64,000 nt of DNA, from the NCBI GenBank assembly GCA_043825875.1, contig JBDRRF010000103.1, positions 64,001-128,000 on the forward strand. The letters run 5' to 3'. Source of the DNA: Pseudomonadota bacterium (GTDB taxonomy: Bacteria; Desulfobacterota; Desulfobacteria; Desulfobacterales; RPRI01). The notes under the pieces were generated by a model. It was not told the origin of the DNA. It saw nothing but the letters and a program-made list of their open reading frames with translations, and searched no databases. Numbering within the stretch: position 1 is the first letter of the stretch; the number at the start of each line of letters is the position of its first letter. The position numbers and the translations under genes are program-made. Shown here piece after piece: positions 20,531 through 30,190 of this stretch.

Positions 20531-21107
20531 CTTTTGAAGTGAATACTATTTTGTCTTTTGAAATATTATTTATTTCTTGCAAAAATTCTTCAACAGGTTT
20601 TTCATCGGAATAAAGAAGCTTGTCATATGTAAAATCGTTTAAGCGATCCACTGATTCAATAGTAAAACCAAAGAAATTATCTCCTTTTTTATCTTCATCA
20701 AATATTGCTATCAACTTAATTGATGTTTCCTGCAAAGATAAATAGGCAATTTCTGCAAGATCTGTTGCTCCGTAGAAAGCTATTCGCTTAACATTTTGTT
20801 CGGAAAGAGCGGCAAACAGATTTTTAAGTTTCTTTCGGGCATCTTTATAAAAACGATAGGAATATTCAATATACTGATAAGTCAGGCGGGTTTTTTCAGC
20901 AGCACCTTTGGGGGTTAAAATATATGTAACTCTGTTTTTAGGAATGTTGACTATCTTGAAATATCCTTTGCGGGCAAGCCTTTTTATAAAAGAATTTACA
21001 AGCCCGAGCGAAATATTGAGATTTTTAGCAATATCTCTTTGGCTTAAAAGTTCTTCTTTATTGAGTTCTTCAAGAATTTTTAGAGTATGTATATCCGGAG
21101 TTCTCAT
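20511..21107 (-). CDS. MarR-type winged-helix regulator (EPS-locus associated) with Rossmann-like C-terminal domain
   Basis: SQRDIAKNLNISLGLVN...YILTPKGAAEKTRLT, then IAFYGATDLAE; first gene of the polysaccharide operon. Confidence 0.88.
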   Translation of the reverse strand: MRTPDIHTLKILEELNKEELLSQRDIAKNLNISLGLVNSFIKRLARKGYFKIVNIPKNRVTYILTPKGAAEKTRLTYQYIEYSYRFYKDARKKLKNLFAALSEQNVKRIAFYGATDLAEIAYLSLQETSIKLIAIFDEDKKGDNFFGFTIESVDRLNDFTYDKLLYSDEKPVEEFLQEINNISKDKIVFTSKDHSFSG

Positions 21108-21124
21108 AAAATTTTATGATTATT

Positions 21125-21266
21125 GAGCCACTTTCAAAACGTTTCAGTTTGGTCAAGCTCAAGGCGGGAGAAAATTTCAACCACAGGAATACATCGAGTA
21201 TTTCGAGGATTGAAATTTGAGCCCAACGCCGAGATCGGCCAAAATGGGGCGTTTTGAAACTGGCTC
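21125..21266 (+). mobile_element. MITE-like fold-back repeat family A, copy 1 (short form, 142 bp)
   Basis: Terminal inverted repeats GAGCCACTTTCAAAACG / CGTTTTGAAACTGGCTC; near-identical to five other copies. Confidence 0.85.
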
Positions 21267-21683
21267 TTTTCTTTTATAGAATTCTTAGGATTTCAAACCA
21301 GATTCAAGGGAAAAACTAACAAACAGCCCAATAGTTTGGTATGATTCCTGTGTTTTGGTTTGGGAGATTTATTGCAGACAGCTCCGCCCGGTAAATTACA
21401 AAACGATGCCTCTAAACAATATCTCTTTTAGCTGCTTTGCGGCAGATTCTGACTAATCTGTCTGTATTACTCAACGGCTACTCGAAATCATGAAATAATG
21501 ATAATATAAAATGCTATCAAATTTATACTTACTGTAGTCTGGCAACTAATTTTTTCATCTTAACTAATTTTTTGGCAAAACTGGATATTTTTTAAGGATA
21601 TTATGTAATTAATTGATATTGCCAACTCACCTGTCTAATACCAACATGATTATTGAAGTGCTTTAAAAAACTGGATTTATTTT

Positions 21684-21718
21684 TGTTCATATATTGAACA
21701 TATCAGAGCATTTGTCAA
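21684..21718 (-). promoter_or_regulatory. Candidate operator TGTTCA-N5-TGAACA overlapping the expected -10 region of a TTGACA promoter
   Basis: Perfect inverted repeat at 21684-21700; TTGACA on the minus strand at 21713-21718, pointing towards the MarR gene. Confidence 0.55.
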
Positions 21719-21944
21719 GTATAAATTAGTCCTCTCTTACTGAACTATATGATATTAATATCTATCAATATAATAGCAGAATCTGAAATATATTTAACGA
21801 ATCTCTAAAAAAAGATCCAAAAAGTTAGTAATTCACAATTACTATTATAAATTAACAGTCTGACAATATTAGATATAATATTTATATGGCTTTCAATAAA
21901 TTACTTATTTTACAGACTTGACGATTTAGAATATAGGCAGGAAG

Positions 21945-21991
21945 ATAAAACGCAAATCCGGTCACAGATAATTTTCTGCGGCCGGATTTGT
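21945..21991 (-). terminator. Rho-independent terminator after comEA-like gene
   Basis: Stem CAAATCCGGCCGCAGA/TCTGTGACCGGATTTG followed by T-rich tail on the minus strand. Confidence 0.7.
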
Positions 21992-22007
21992 GGAAAATAC
22001 TATAAAT

Positions 22008-22298
22008 TTATTTATGCATTTCAACACTTATAATATCTTTATTACGATCAAAAATTTTCTGACCGATACCGGGCACTTTCATTAGATCTTCCGGTTTGAC
22101 AAATGGACCGTTTTTTTCTCTGTAATCAACTATTTTTTGGGCAACTTTAGCGCCGACTTTCTTGAGCTTTACAAGCTCCTTCACGGTTGCCGTATTAATG
22201 TTGATCTTGGCTTCATCTTTTGCAAAGGCAGTAGCCCCTGAAGCTAAAACAAACGCAACCACAACACACAAACCAATAAATCGCTTTAATTTTCGCAT
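22008..22298 (-). CDS. comEA: ComEA-like secreted helix-hairpin-helix DNA-binding protein
   Basis: Signal peptide (AFA), KININTAT, L..VPGIG; RBS AGGAG before ATG 22298. Confidence 0.85.
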   Translation of the reverse strand: MRKLKRFIGLCVVVAFVLASGATAFAKDEAKININTATVKELVKLKKVGAKVAQKIVDYREKNGPFVKPEDLMKVPGIGQKIFDRNKDIISVEMHK

Positions 22299-22589
22299 TT
22301 CAAATCTCCTTTGTTTGTTTGTTCTCGGTAATAACCAAATACCCACAATAGCAGATATATCAGACCTGCTAGCTTAAAGGCGTATACCCACAAGATCAGG
22401 GTAGACACATTTGGATTTTACTAAAATATAGTTTAATTAAACTATTATAATTTTTTATAACATACGGCACCCCACAGATAGCATACAGATTAGCATGCAA
22501 AAAGAGTTCTTGATTTTTATAAGAATAATTGACAGTATATTGACTATATTAGATTAATTATACTTGTATTGATATTGGAAAAAAATATA

Positions 22590-23564
22590 ATGATAATAGA
22601 TGAAGCCATTGAAGTCTTAAAAATTGAAGCACAAGGAATTTTAAATTTAATAGACCGTATAGATAACAATTTTGCCAAAATGGTGGAGCTGATTTATAAA
22701 TCAAAAGGCCGGGTAATAGTCAGCGGAATAGGGAAGTCGGGAATCATCGGGAGAAAAATAGTTGCAACCTTAAATAGTACTGGTACACGATCTTTTTTTC
22801 TGCATCCTGTTGAAGCAATGCACGGAGACCTTGGCCTTGTTTGCAAAGATGATATTTTTCTTGCGCTTTCAAACAGCGGTGAAACAGACGAGTTGAACGT
22901 ACTGATTCCAACTATCCGGAAAATGAAATGTATGGTAATAGCATTTACCGGAAAAACAAATTCCACACTGGCAAAATACAGCGATATTGTCATTGACATC
23001 GGAGTCGAGAAAGAAGCATGCCCTTTGGGGTTGGCACCTACTGCCAGTACTACTGCCCTGCTTGCTATGGGCGATGCTCTTGCTGTTACTCTTATTAAAA
23101 AGAAGAAATTTAAATCAAGCGATTTTAAAAAGGTTCATCCCGGTGGGGTGCTTGGCCAGCAACTTTCCAGCATGGTTAAAGATATAATGCTTACAGGGGA
23201 ATCATTACCGGTAGTATTTAAAGGGGCAGGCATCACAGAGGCCATACAGAAAGCCGATTCAGGCGGCCTGGGCGCAACCCTTGTTCTGGAAAAAGACGGT
23301 ACGCTTGCCGGTATAATAACCGATGGAGATATAAGGCGTATGATAGCCAAAAATCAAAATGCCCAAGAACTTAAAGCCGAAGATATTATGACCCAAAATC
23401 CCAGAACCGCAAAACCCGATTCTCCGGCTTATGACGCATTATATCTTATGGAAAAATTTCTTATCACAGTACTTCCCATAACGGATTCTGACAACAAAAT
23501 TCTTGGGGTATTGCATCTTCATGACATACTAGGCAAAGGCAGTTTCAGATTTAACGGGAATTAA
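22590..23564 (+). CDS. kdsD: Arabinose-5-phosphate isomerase (KpsF/GutQ)
   Basis: GIGKSG, HGDLG, SNSGET, EACPLGLAPTAST, HPGG, CBS pair. Confidence 0.93.
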   Translation: MIIDEAIEVLKIEAQGILNLIDRIDNNFAKMVELIYKSKGRVIVSGIGKSGIIGRKIVATLNSTGTRSFFLHPVEAMHGDLGLVCKDDIFLALSNSGETDELNVLIPTIRKMKCMVIAFTGKTNSTLAKYSDIVIDIGVEKEACPLGLAPTASTTALLAMGDALAVTLIKKKKFKSSDFKKVHPGGVLGQQLSSMVKDIMLTGESLPVVFKGAGITEAIQKADSGGLGATLVLEKDGTLAGIITDGDIRRMIAKNQNAQELKAEDIMTQNPRTAKPDSPAYDALYLMEKFLITVLPITDSDNKILGVLHLHDILGKGSFRFNGN

Positions 23565-23578
23565 AAAAAATGAATCAG

Positions 23579-23743
23579 GAGCCACTTTCAAAACGTTTCA
23601 GTTTGGTCAAGCTCAAGGCGGGAGAAAATTTCAACCGCAGGAATACATTAAGTATTTCGAGGATAGCGCTAAAGCTTCACTTCGTGCGAAATTTGAGCCC
23701 AACGCTTAAGATCGGCTAAAATGGGGCGTTTTGAAACTGGCTC
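23579..23743 (+). mobile_element. MITE-like repeat family A, copy 2 (long form, 165 bp)
   Basis: Same TIRs; internal insert AGCGCTAAAGCTTCACTTCGTGC. Confidence 0.85.
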
Positions 23744-23768
23744 CCGGTTTTGATGGAATTAAGCAACT

Positions 23769-25100
23769 ATGGATAATAACAGCTATTATGAAATTGACAC
23801 AACAATTCCTGTACTGGGAGAAGCAAAGATACCGGCGCCTGTTCATTATAATGAAAATGGGGATGTTAAGCAGACTTTCATTTCGGATAAGGACAAAGTA
23901 CTAATAGATGTAAATCCTTATAGAATTACCAAAATGGTAAAAGAAGGTAAAAAACTTCCTTCATTTGAAATGGCTGGCCCTAGAGAAATGATCTATTTTG
24001 ATCCCAGTAAGCTAAGATGTGCACTTGTAACATGCGGCGGGCTTTGTCCGGGATTAAATGATATTATTCGCTCAATAGTCTTAGAGCTTTACCACAGATA
24101 CGGAGTGCGTAATATCTATGGTATCAGATATGGCCTCCAGGGCTTTATCCCTAAGTACGGTCATGATATTATGGAGCTTAAGCCAGATAATATTTTGCAT
24201 ATACTTGAAATAGGCGGATCTATTCTTGGCTCATCCAGAGGGCCGCAGTCAATTGATGAAATTGTGGACAGTCTCGAAAGAATGGGAATCGGCGCTCTTT
24301 TCATGATTGGAGGTGATGGAACTCTTAGGGCAGCGATAAAGATTGCAGATGAAATCTTTAAAAGAGGTCTTAAAATAAGTGTCGTTGGTATTCCAAAGAC
24401 TATTGATAACGATATTTATATGGTTTCCCGGTCATTCGGATTTGATACTGCCGTTGATGTAGCAACTCTTGCGATAAAAAGCGCGCATAACGAATCGAGC
24501 AGTTTTTTAAACGGCATAGGGCTTATTAAACTCATGGGAAGATATTCAGGTTTCATAGCTGCAACTTCGGTTCTTGCCCAGCAGGATGTAAACTTTGTTC
24601 TTATTCCCGAAATAGATTTTGATATCGATGGCCCAAAAGGACTTTTATCATCTTTAGAAAAGCGGCTGATAGAAAGAAAACATGCAGTAATAATTGTTGC
24701 AGAAGGAGCCGGGCAAAGATTTGTTAAAAGTGAAGATAAAGAAGTTGACGCATCAGGCAATATAAAGTTAAACGATTTCACTTCGTTTTTAAAAGATGCC
24801 ATACTGGACTATTTCAAATCCAAGAAAATTGAAATATCATTGAAACATATAGATCCAAGCTACATTATCAGAAGCCTTCCTGCAAACGCCAATGACCATG
24901 TTTTTTGCAGTTTTCTCGGAAGAGACGCTGTGCATGCTGCAATGGCAGGTAAAACCAAGCTTCTTGTCGGAAGCTGGAGCAATAATTTTGTTCATATCCC
25001 TATGATTGAGTCAGCAAAAAAGAGAAAACAGGTAAATCCGCACGGAAAGCTGTGGCAAAGCGTACTTGAAGCAACAGGGCAGGGACCTTTGAAAAACTAG
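23769..25100 (+). CDS. pfkA: ATP-dependent 6-phosphofructokinase
   Basis: TCGGLCPGLN, GGDGT, PKTIDND, MGRYSG, IDPSY. Confidence 0.93.
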   Translation: MDNNSYYEIDTTIPVLGEAKIPAPVHYNENGDVKQTFISDKDKVLIDVNPYRITKMVKEGKKLPSFEMAGPREMIYFDPSKLRCALVTCGGLCPGLNDIIRSIVLELYHRYGVRNIYGIRYGLQGFIPKYGHDIMELKPDNILHILEIGGSILGSSRGPQSIDEIVDSLERMGIGALFMIGGDGTLRAAIKIADEIFKRGLKISVVGIPKTIDNDIYMVSRSFGFDTAVDVATLAIKSAHNESSSFLNGIGLIKLMGRYSGFIAATSVLAQQDVNFVLIPEIDFDIDGPKGLLSSLEKRLIERKHAVIIVAEGAGQRFVKSEDKEVDASGNIKLNDFTSFLKDAILDYFKSKKIEISLKHIDPSYIIRSLPANANDHVFCSFLGRDAVHAAMAGKTKLLVGSWSNNFVHIPMIESAKKRKQVNPHGKLWQSVLEATGQGPLKN

Positions 25101-25119
25101 CAGACAGGAGCGCCTGGGT

Positions 25120-27078
25120 TTAATCTTTGCCAAGCTCAATAAATCTTTTCCATTTTACAGTAAGAAGGCATAATTCTTTTTGTGCATCCTGATTACCATC
25201 AAAAGAAGTAAGACCGGTAAGTCCATTATAATTTTTTATTTTAATAAGTTCATTTCTTACTGATTCAGGAAAACGGAGGCCGGATTTGCTTATTGTCTGA
25301 AACAGCATCATAGCAGTATCATAAGAAACAGCTTCAACAAAACCGGGATCTTCACCAAAATATGTTATAAAATCATTAACAAATTCTCGTATATCAACAG
25401 AATCTTTTTCGCTAAAAAAACCATCCGGTATTATTGCTTTATCTTGCATAAACTCACCGGCCATATTTATCATTTTTTGTGAGTTCCAGAGATTCGTACC
25501 CAGCAGATACACCTTATTTATATCTTCAAATATTAACTGTGGAATAATAAGACCGGCTTTTGTTGGTGAATCAGGAATAAAAATCGCATCAAAATCAAGC
25601 AGCAATTTGTCTTGTTCTTTGTTTTGATTGTCAATATTTTCATCCGATTCTTCATCTGAAGATGATGAATCGGATGGCTTCCATTTTTCAATATTTTCGT
25701 GAGAAAAAGCCTGTCTTCCAATAATTTTTTTAATTGTATCAGTAAAATCTGTATGGTCTGGGTTATATGATTCAGCACTTACGATTGTACCGCCATTTGC
25801 CAAAACTTCATCATAAAACAGGCTCGTATATTTTATGCCATAATTTTCCAATGGATACAAAATTGCAAATCTTCTTATTCCTCTATTTTCCATTGCATAT
25901 TTCACAATGGAGGCTACCTGCATTTCCGGCATTAAAAAGTTCCTGAAAACAAAATCTCCAGTATCTGTAATATCCTCTTTCTGGGTTAATAATACTATCG
26001 GAATTTTAGCTGCCTGAGCTTCTTTAGCCGCGATAACGGATTCATCTGATCCCATAGGCCCGATAATTACAGAAACATCTTCCAGCACAAGATCATTCAC
26101 AGCTTTTGCCGCACTTTCAGGATTTGATTCGGTATCTTTTACCACAAGGTTTACCAAAACCAGCCCTCTTTCATCAGAAAATTTGCTTAAAGCAAGCTTG
26201 ACTCCTTTTAATGCTTTATTCCCGAAAACATTAAGTGTTCCTGTTAGAGGAAGCAAACAACCTACTGTAAATGGTTTGCCAGCTGAAGTTTCATATATTT
26301 TCTGCAATACATTCTCTGCTTCTTTAACATTTTCATGATCAGGCATTTTTTGTATAAAATCGGTAAAAATGCTTGCCGCCTCTTTATATTGCTGATTTTC
26401 ATAGTAGCGCAGCCCGATCTGATACTTAAGGTATCCTTTTAAATTATCGTCTTTTATGCTTTCTATGAGAAAATTTATGTCATTTTCTTCAAGTTGTGAT
26501 ACGGCATTTTTTAGTTTTGTATTAATAATATCATTTTCATATTCTGTGCTTTTTAAGCGGGCATTGAAATAAGAAACCACGGCATCTGAAGGATTACTCA
26601 AAGCAAGCTGGGCATCTCCAACTAAAACATATGTTTTGGAAACATCTTTTTCTGAAAGCTTGTCTGAAAAAATACTTGCGGAGTATTTTATTACATCTTC
26701 AAACATTTTTTGCTTAAAATATCCTTCAAGAACTTTTATTTTTACATCAGGAATATAATTACTTTCCGGATAGTCATTGATAAGACTCAAGTAGCTGATA
26801 CGCGACTTATTGTGTTCACCAAGTTTATCATAGATATCGCCTATCCGAAACAACGCTGCAGGAATGAGGTGAGTTCCGGGATACTGTGTAAGATATTCAT
26901 TATAAGCTTCAAGGGCTTTGCTATATTTTTGTGTGGAAAAGAAATTTTCAGCTCTTGAAAACAAAACTATTCTTTCTGCATCATCATCTGTAGCTGTAAC
27001 ATTAACAATTTCTGCTTTGGGCATACAGGCGAGTAAAACAAATAATACCGGAACAAATAATAATCTGAAATGTCTCAT
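25120..27078 (-). CDS. Outer-membrane lipoprotein, LpoA/penicillin-binding-protein-activator-like (TPR plus periplasmic binding fold)
   Basis: Lipobox LLAC, TPR repeats, GCLLPLTG, FDAIFIPD, LLGTNLW, GLTGLTSFD. Confidence 0.8.
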   Translation of the reverse strand: MRHFRLLFVPVLFVLLACMPKAEIVNVTATDDDAERIVLFSRAENFFSTQKYSKALEAYNEYLTQYPGTHLIPAALFRIGDIYDKLGEHNKSRISYLSLINDYPESNYIPDVKIKVLEGYFKQKMFEDVIKYSASIFSDKLSEKDVSKTYVLVGDAQLALSNPSDAVVSYFNARLKSTEYENDIINTKLKNAVSQLEENDINFLIESIKDDNLKGYLKYQIGLRYYENQQYKEAASIFTDFIQKMPDHENVKEAENVLQKIYETSAGKPFTVGCLLPLTGTLNVFGNKALKGVKLALSKFSDERGLVLVNLVVKDTESNPESAAKAVNDLVLEDVSVIIGPMGSDESVIAAKEAQAAKIPIVLLTQKEDITDTGDFVFRNFLMPEMQVASIVKYAMENRGIRRFAILYPLENYGIKYTSLFYDEVLANGGTIVSAESYNPDHTDFTDTIKKIIGRQAFSHENIEKWKPSDSSSSDEESDENIDNQNKEQDKLLLDFDAIFIPDSPTKAGLIIPQLIFEDINKVYLLGTNLWNSQKMINMAGEFMQDKAIIPDGFFSEKDSVDIREFVNDFITYFGEDPGFVEAVSYDTAMMLFQTISKSGLRFPESVRNELIKIKNYNGLTGLTSFDGNQDAQKELCLLTVKWKRFIELGKD

Positions 27079-27372
27079 TTTTTCATCACTCTTTTTATAT
27101 TATATTTATAAAAAGGTTACATAACTTTTAATGGTTGTCAATTAAATCTTGATATTGTTTGAAGAAAATACGATGTCTCTGTAAATGATTCGCCCGATAA
27201 GAAATAAAAGTAATTATTGCGGCAGCAAATCTATCAAAAACATACCATATAAACACATAATTACAAAAAATCCTTGAACTTAAAGTATTTTAGGTTTAGC
27301 ATAAAACCTTAAAAGAATTAAGGTAGTCTTTAATCCGCTTTATCTGGAGAAATATTAGAGGGAGAATTGTAT

Positions 27373-28041
27373 ATGAAAAAAATAAAATTCTTGTTATTTC
27401 TTATGGTATTGATATTTGCAATTCCTGCATCGGCCGAATTTTTCCGCTATGTTGATAAGGATGGTATGGTCAAATATACCGACGATTACAGCAAAATTCC
27501 AAAAAATCAGAGATCTTCTAGCAGCGAATATACAGGTTATGAAAACGGTTATACTGGCGAAGCAACAGAATCTGACATAGAAACCGAATATGATGCTGAA
27601 GCCGACACAGAAACAGACACCGAAATTGGAACCGAAACAGATACTGATACTGACACTGAAATTGATACCGAGTACCCACCTGAAATAACGCAGGAAACGG
27701 AAGCAGACAAAGAAACTGCTCCAATAAATAATACGGAAGATTTGGATGCAACAAAAAAACGCCTGGATCAAAAACAACAGGAAATCGATAAAGAGCTTGA
27801 TGACCTGAAAAAAGAAAAAAGCGCCCTTGATGACCTGAAAAAAGATGCAAAAACAAAAGCGCAGGTCAATGAATACAATTCAAAAATTCAGGCTTTGAAT
27901 GAAAAAATAAAAATTTCCCAGGAAAAGCTAAAGGTATTTGAAGCTGAAGTTGAGATATATAACATTGATCTGGAAAACAGTATGAAGAATTCATTGAAAC
28001 AATATAAGAAAGAAAAACAAGAGAAACAAAAAGCTAAATAG
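27373..28041 (+). CDS. Secreted DUF4124-like protein with acidic D/T/E repeat and coiled coil
   Basis: Signal (ASA), FRYVDKDGMVKYTDD...IP, ETDTDTDTEIDTE repeat. Confidence 0.7.
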   Translation: MKKIKFLLFLMVLIFAIPASAEFFRYVDKDGMVKYTDDYSKIPKNQRSSSSEYTGYENGYTGEATESDIETEYDAEADTETDTEIGTETDTDTDTEIDTEYPPEITQETEADKETAPINNTEDLDATKKRLDQKQQEIDKELDDLKKEKSALDDLKKDAKTKAQVNEYNSKIQALNEKIKISQEKLKVFEAEVEIYNIDLENSMKNSLKQYKKEKQEKQKAK

Positions 28042-28087
28042 CAAAAAATATAACTCAGCACTATGAATAAATTATAGGAGGATTACT

Positions 28088-29380
28088 ATGCCAGATATGA
28101 CAGGCGATATTTCTGATTTCGATAAGGCGGTAGAAATAGGCCGGCCACCAAACATCAAAAAACTCTTTCCAAACTCAAAGGCACTTATAGTCAGCGGGAA
28201 ATTTATCGACAGAGCCATGACAGCCAAAGGCAAGGCAATTTCGATGGCTGCAAACGGCAGAAGCAATATAGTAATCCGTGGCGCATTGATGGCTGCCCAA
28301 AGAGCTAATTCCGCTATAATTATTGAAATCGCAAAATCCGAAGGTGGTGCAAGCGCATATTGTGCTGTCAATTACTGGAATATAGCAAGGCAGGTAGATG
28401 CTCTTTGCAATGAGCTGTCAATTACTATACCTGTTGCAATTCATGCGGATCACTACGGAATAAAAAACGAAAAGGACATTGCTGCGGCAAAAATCGAGAT
28501 ACCTACTCTTTTTGAAGCTGGCATGACTTCAATTGCAATAGATGCGTCACATATGCCGGATGATAAAAATCTTTTGGCAAATATAGAACTGAATCCCTTT
28601 ATTCCTAAATGGGCAGGCCTTGAAACCGAAGTCGGAGAAATAAAGGGCAAATCCGGGCTTTCAACAGTTGATGAGGCTTTATTTCTTATACAGGGTCTTA
28701 ATGCACATGATATTTTTCCGGATTGGATTGCTTTAAATAACGGGACAACGCATGGTATAGAAGCAAGCGATCAGGGAATTCAGGTGGATCTGACAGTAAG
28801 TATACACGACTCTTTGGCCAAATATAAAATTTCCGGTGCACAGCACGGAACATCAGGAAACAGCTCCGACAGATTAAGAGAAATAGCATCAAAAACACGC
28901 ACAACAAAGGCTAATGTTGCTACAGCGCTTCAGATGGTTTCATGGGGTCTTGAAGTAAATGATTACGGGAATGCAATACTTGACAGTAATGGAAACTTCA
29001 TAAAAGTAAAAGGGGAAGGTGTTACTGAAGATTTATGGAAACAGATGGTGGAGTATGCGAATTCAAAAGAAATAAAAGGTGGAAACTATAAAAAACTTAA
29101 CATAGTTTTTGAAAACAAAATACTGAGTCAGCCCGAAAATATCAGAAACAGAATGGCAAAAAGAGTGGAAGAATTTGTATACAAAATTCTTGTGAATGTT
29201 TTCAATGGCAAGGATTCCGCTCCTTTAACCATACAAAATATCATAGAAGCCGGAACATATGATCCGGGAGCAAAAACAAAAAGAATTGAAGATCCGTCAC
29301 AGTGGACACCTGAAAAAATATCCGAAAAAGCTGCCTTGATAACATCGGACAAAGGAGCAGAAGGGACTTTCGACGATTAA
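28088..29380 (+). CDS. fba: Class II fructose-bisphosphate aldolase
   Basis: HADH, IDASH, ETEVGEI, NGTTHG, QHGTSG, KANVAT. Confidence 0.9.
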   Translation: MPDMTGDISDFDKAVEIGRPPNIKKLFPNSKALIVSGKFIDRAMTAKGKAISMAANGRSNIVIRGALMAAQRANSAIIIEIAKSEGGASAYCAVNYWNIARQVDALCNELSITIPVAIHADHYGIKNEKDIAAAKIEIPTLFEAGMTSIAIDASHMPDDKNLLANIELNPFIPKWAGLETEVGEIKGKSGLSTVDEALFLIQGLNAHDIFPDWIALNNGTTHGIEASDQGIQVDLTVSIHDSLAKYKISGAQHGTSGNSSDRLREIASKTRTTKANVATALQMVSWGLEVNDYGNAILDSNGNFIKVKGEGVTEDLWKQMVEYANSKEIKGGNYKKLNIVFENKILSQPENIRNRMAKRVEEFVYKILVNVFNGKDSAPLTIQNIIEAGTYDPGAKTKRIEDPSQWTPEKISEKAALITSDKGAEGTFDD

Positions 29381-29883
29381 TGCGGGAAAAAACGAATTGC
29401 TATTACTGTGGAGCGAAGCTCACTAAAAAATTGTTTGAAGACAGGCTACGTCTTTTTTGTGAAGAATGCAATGAACCCATTTACGAAAATCCTGTTCCTG
29501 CAACATGCCTTGTGACGATTGATGAGAAGAAAAGAGTTCTTCTTGTTAAAAGAAATGTGGAACCAAAAGCAGGATTCTGGTGCCTGCCGGGTGGTTTTAT
29601 TGAGCTTGGTGAAAATCCTGAAGAAGGTGCTTTGCGTGAACTTGAAGAAGAAACCGGCTTAAAAGGTAAAATCAAGATGCTTCTCGGTGTTAGTTCAAAC
29701 CGGAACCAGCAGTATAATACAGTTCTTATTGTTGGATATCTTGTAAAAAATTACAGCGGGATTCTTTGTACCGGCTATGATGCATCTGATGCCGCATGGT
29801 TTCATTACAAAGAGATCCCCGAAATTGCATTCCAGAGTCACTTAAATTTTATCAGAATGTATTATGCTGCATATGGAGACTGA
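29380..29883 (+). CDS. NUDIX hydrolase with N-terminal zinc ribbon
   Basis: CYYC/CEEC, YENP, Nudix box GGFIELGENPEEGALRELEEETG. Confidence 0.92.
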   Translation: MREKTNCYYCGAKLTKKLFEDRLRLFCEECNEPIYENPVPATCLVTIDEKKRVLLVKRNVEPKAGFWCLPGGFIELGENPEEGALRELEEETGLKGKIKMLLGVSSNRNQQYNTVLIVGYLVKNYSGILCTGYDASDAAWFHYKEIPEIAFQSHLNFIRMYYAAYGD

Positions 29884-30010
29884 TATAGACTTACAGATAA
29901 AGCTTTTGGACTGCGTTATCAGTCGCCCCCCTTCGACAACGTACCATCTGTACGTCTTACTCAGGGGTGCTCCTTCTGGCCTTGCCAAAAACATTATCTG
30001 TAAGTCTATA
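29884..30010. mobile_element. MITE-like element family B (127 bp)
   Basis: Perfect 17-bp TIRs TATAGACTTACAGATAA / TTATCTGTAAGTCTATA, non-coding, starts directly after the NUDIX stop. Confidence 0.65.
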
Positions 30011-30060
30011 GTCGCATAAATTTATTAAAATAAACATAAAGAATAAAAACTCCAGGACTC

Positions 30061-30128
30061 GTCATACCGGCGAAAGCCGGTATCCATAACCTGTTAAGTT
30101 ATTCAATTCCAGATTAAGCCGGAATGAC
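30061..30128. repeat. REP-like palindromic element
   Basis: GTCATACCGGCGAAAGCCGGTATCC...CCGGAATGAC: GAAA-loop hairpin with GTCAT/ATGAC ends. Confidence 0.6.
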
Positions 30129-30190
30129 AATAAAAATACTTTTCAACTTTATCAATAGAACAACAAAATATAATTAGGTTAAAATAGTCT

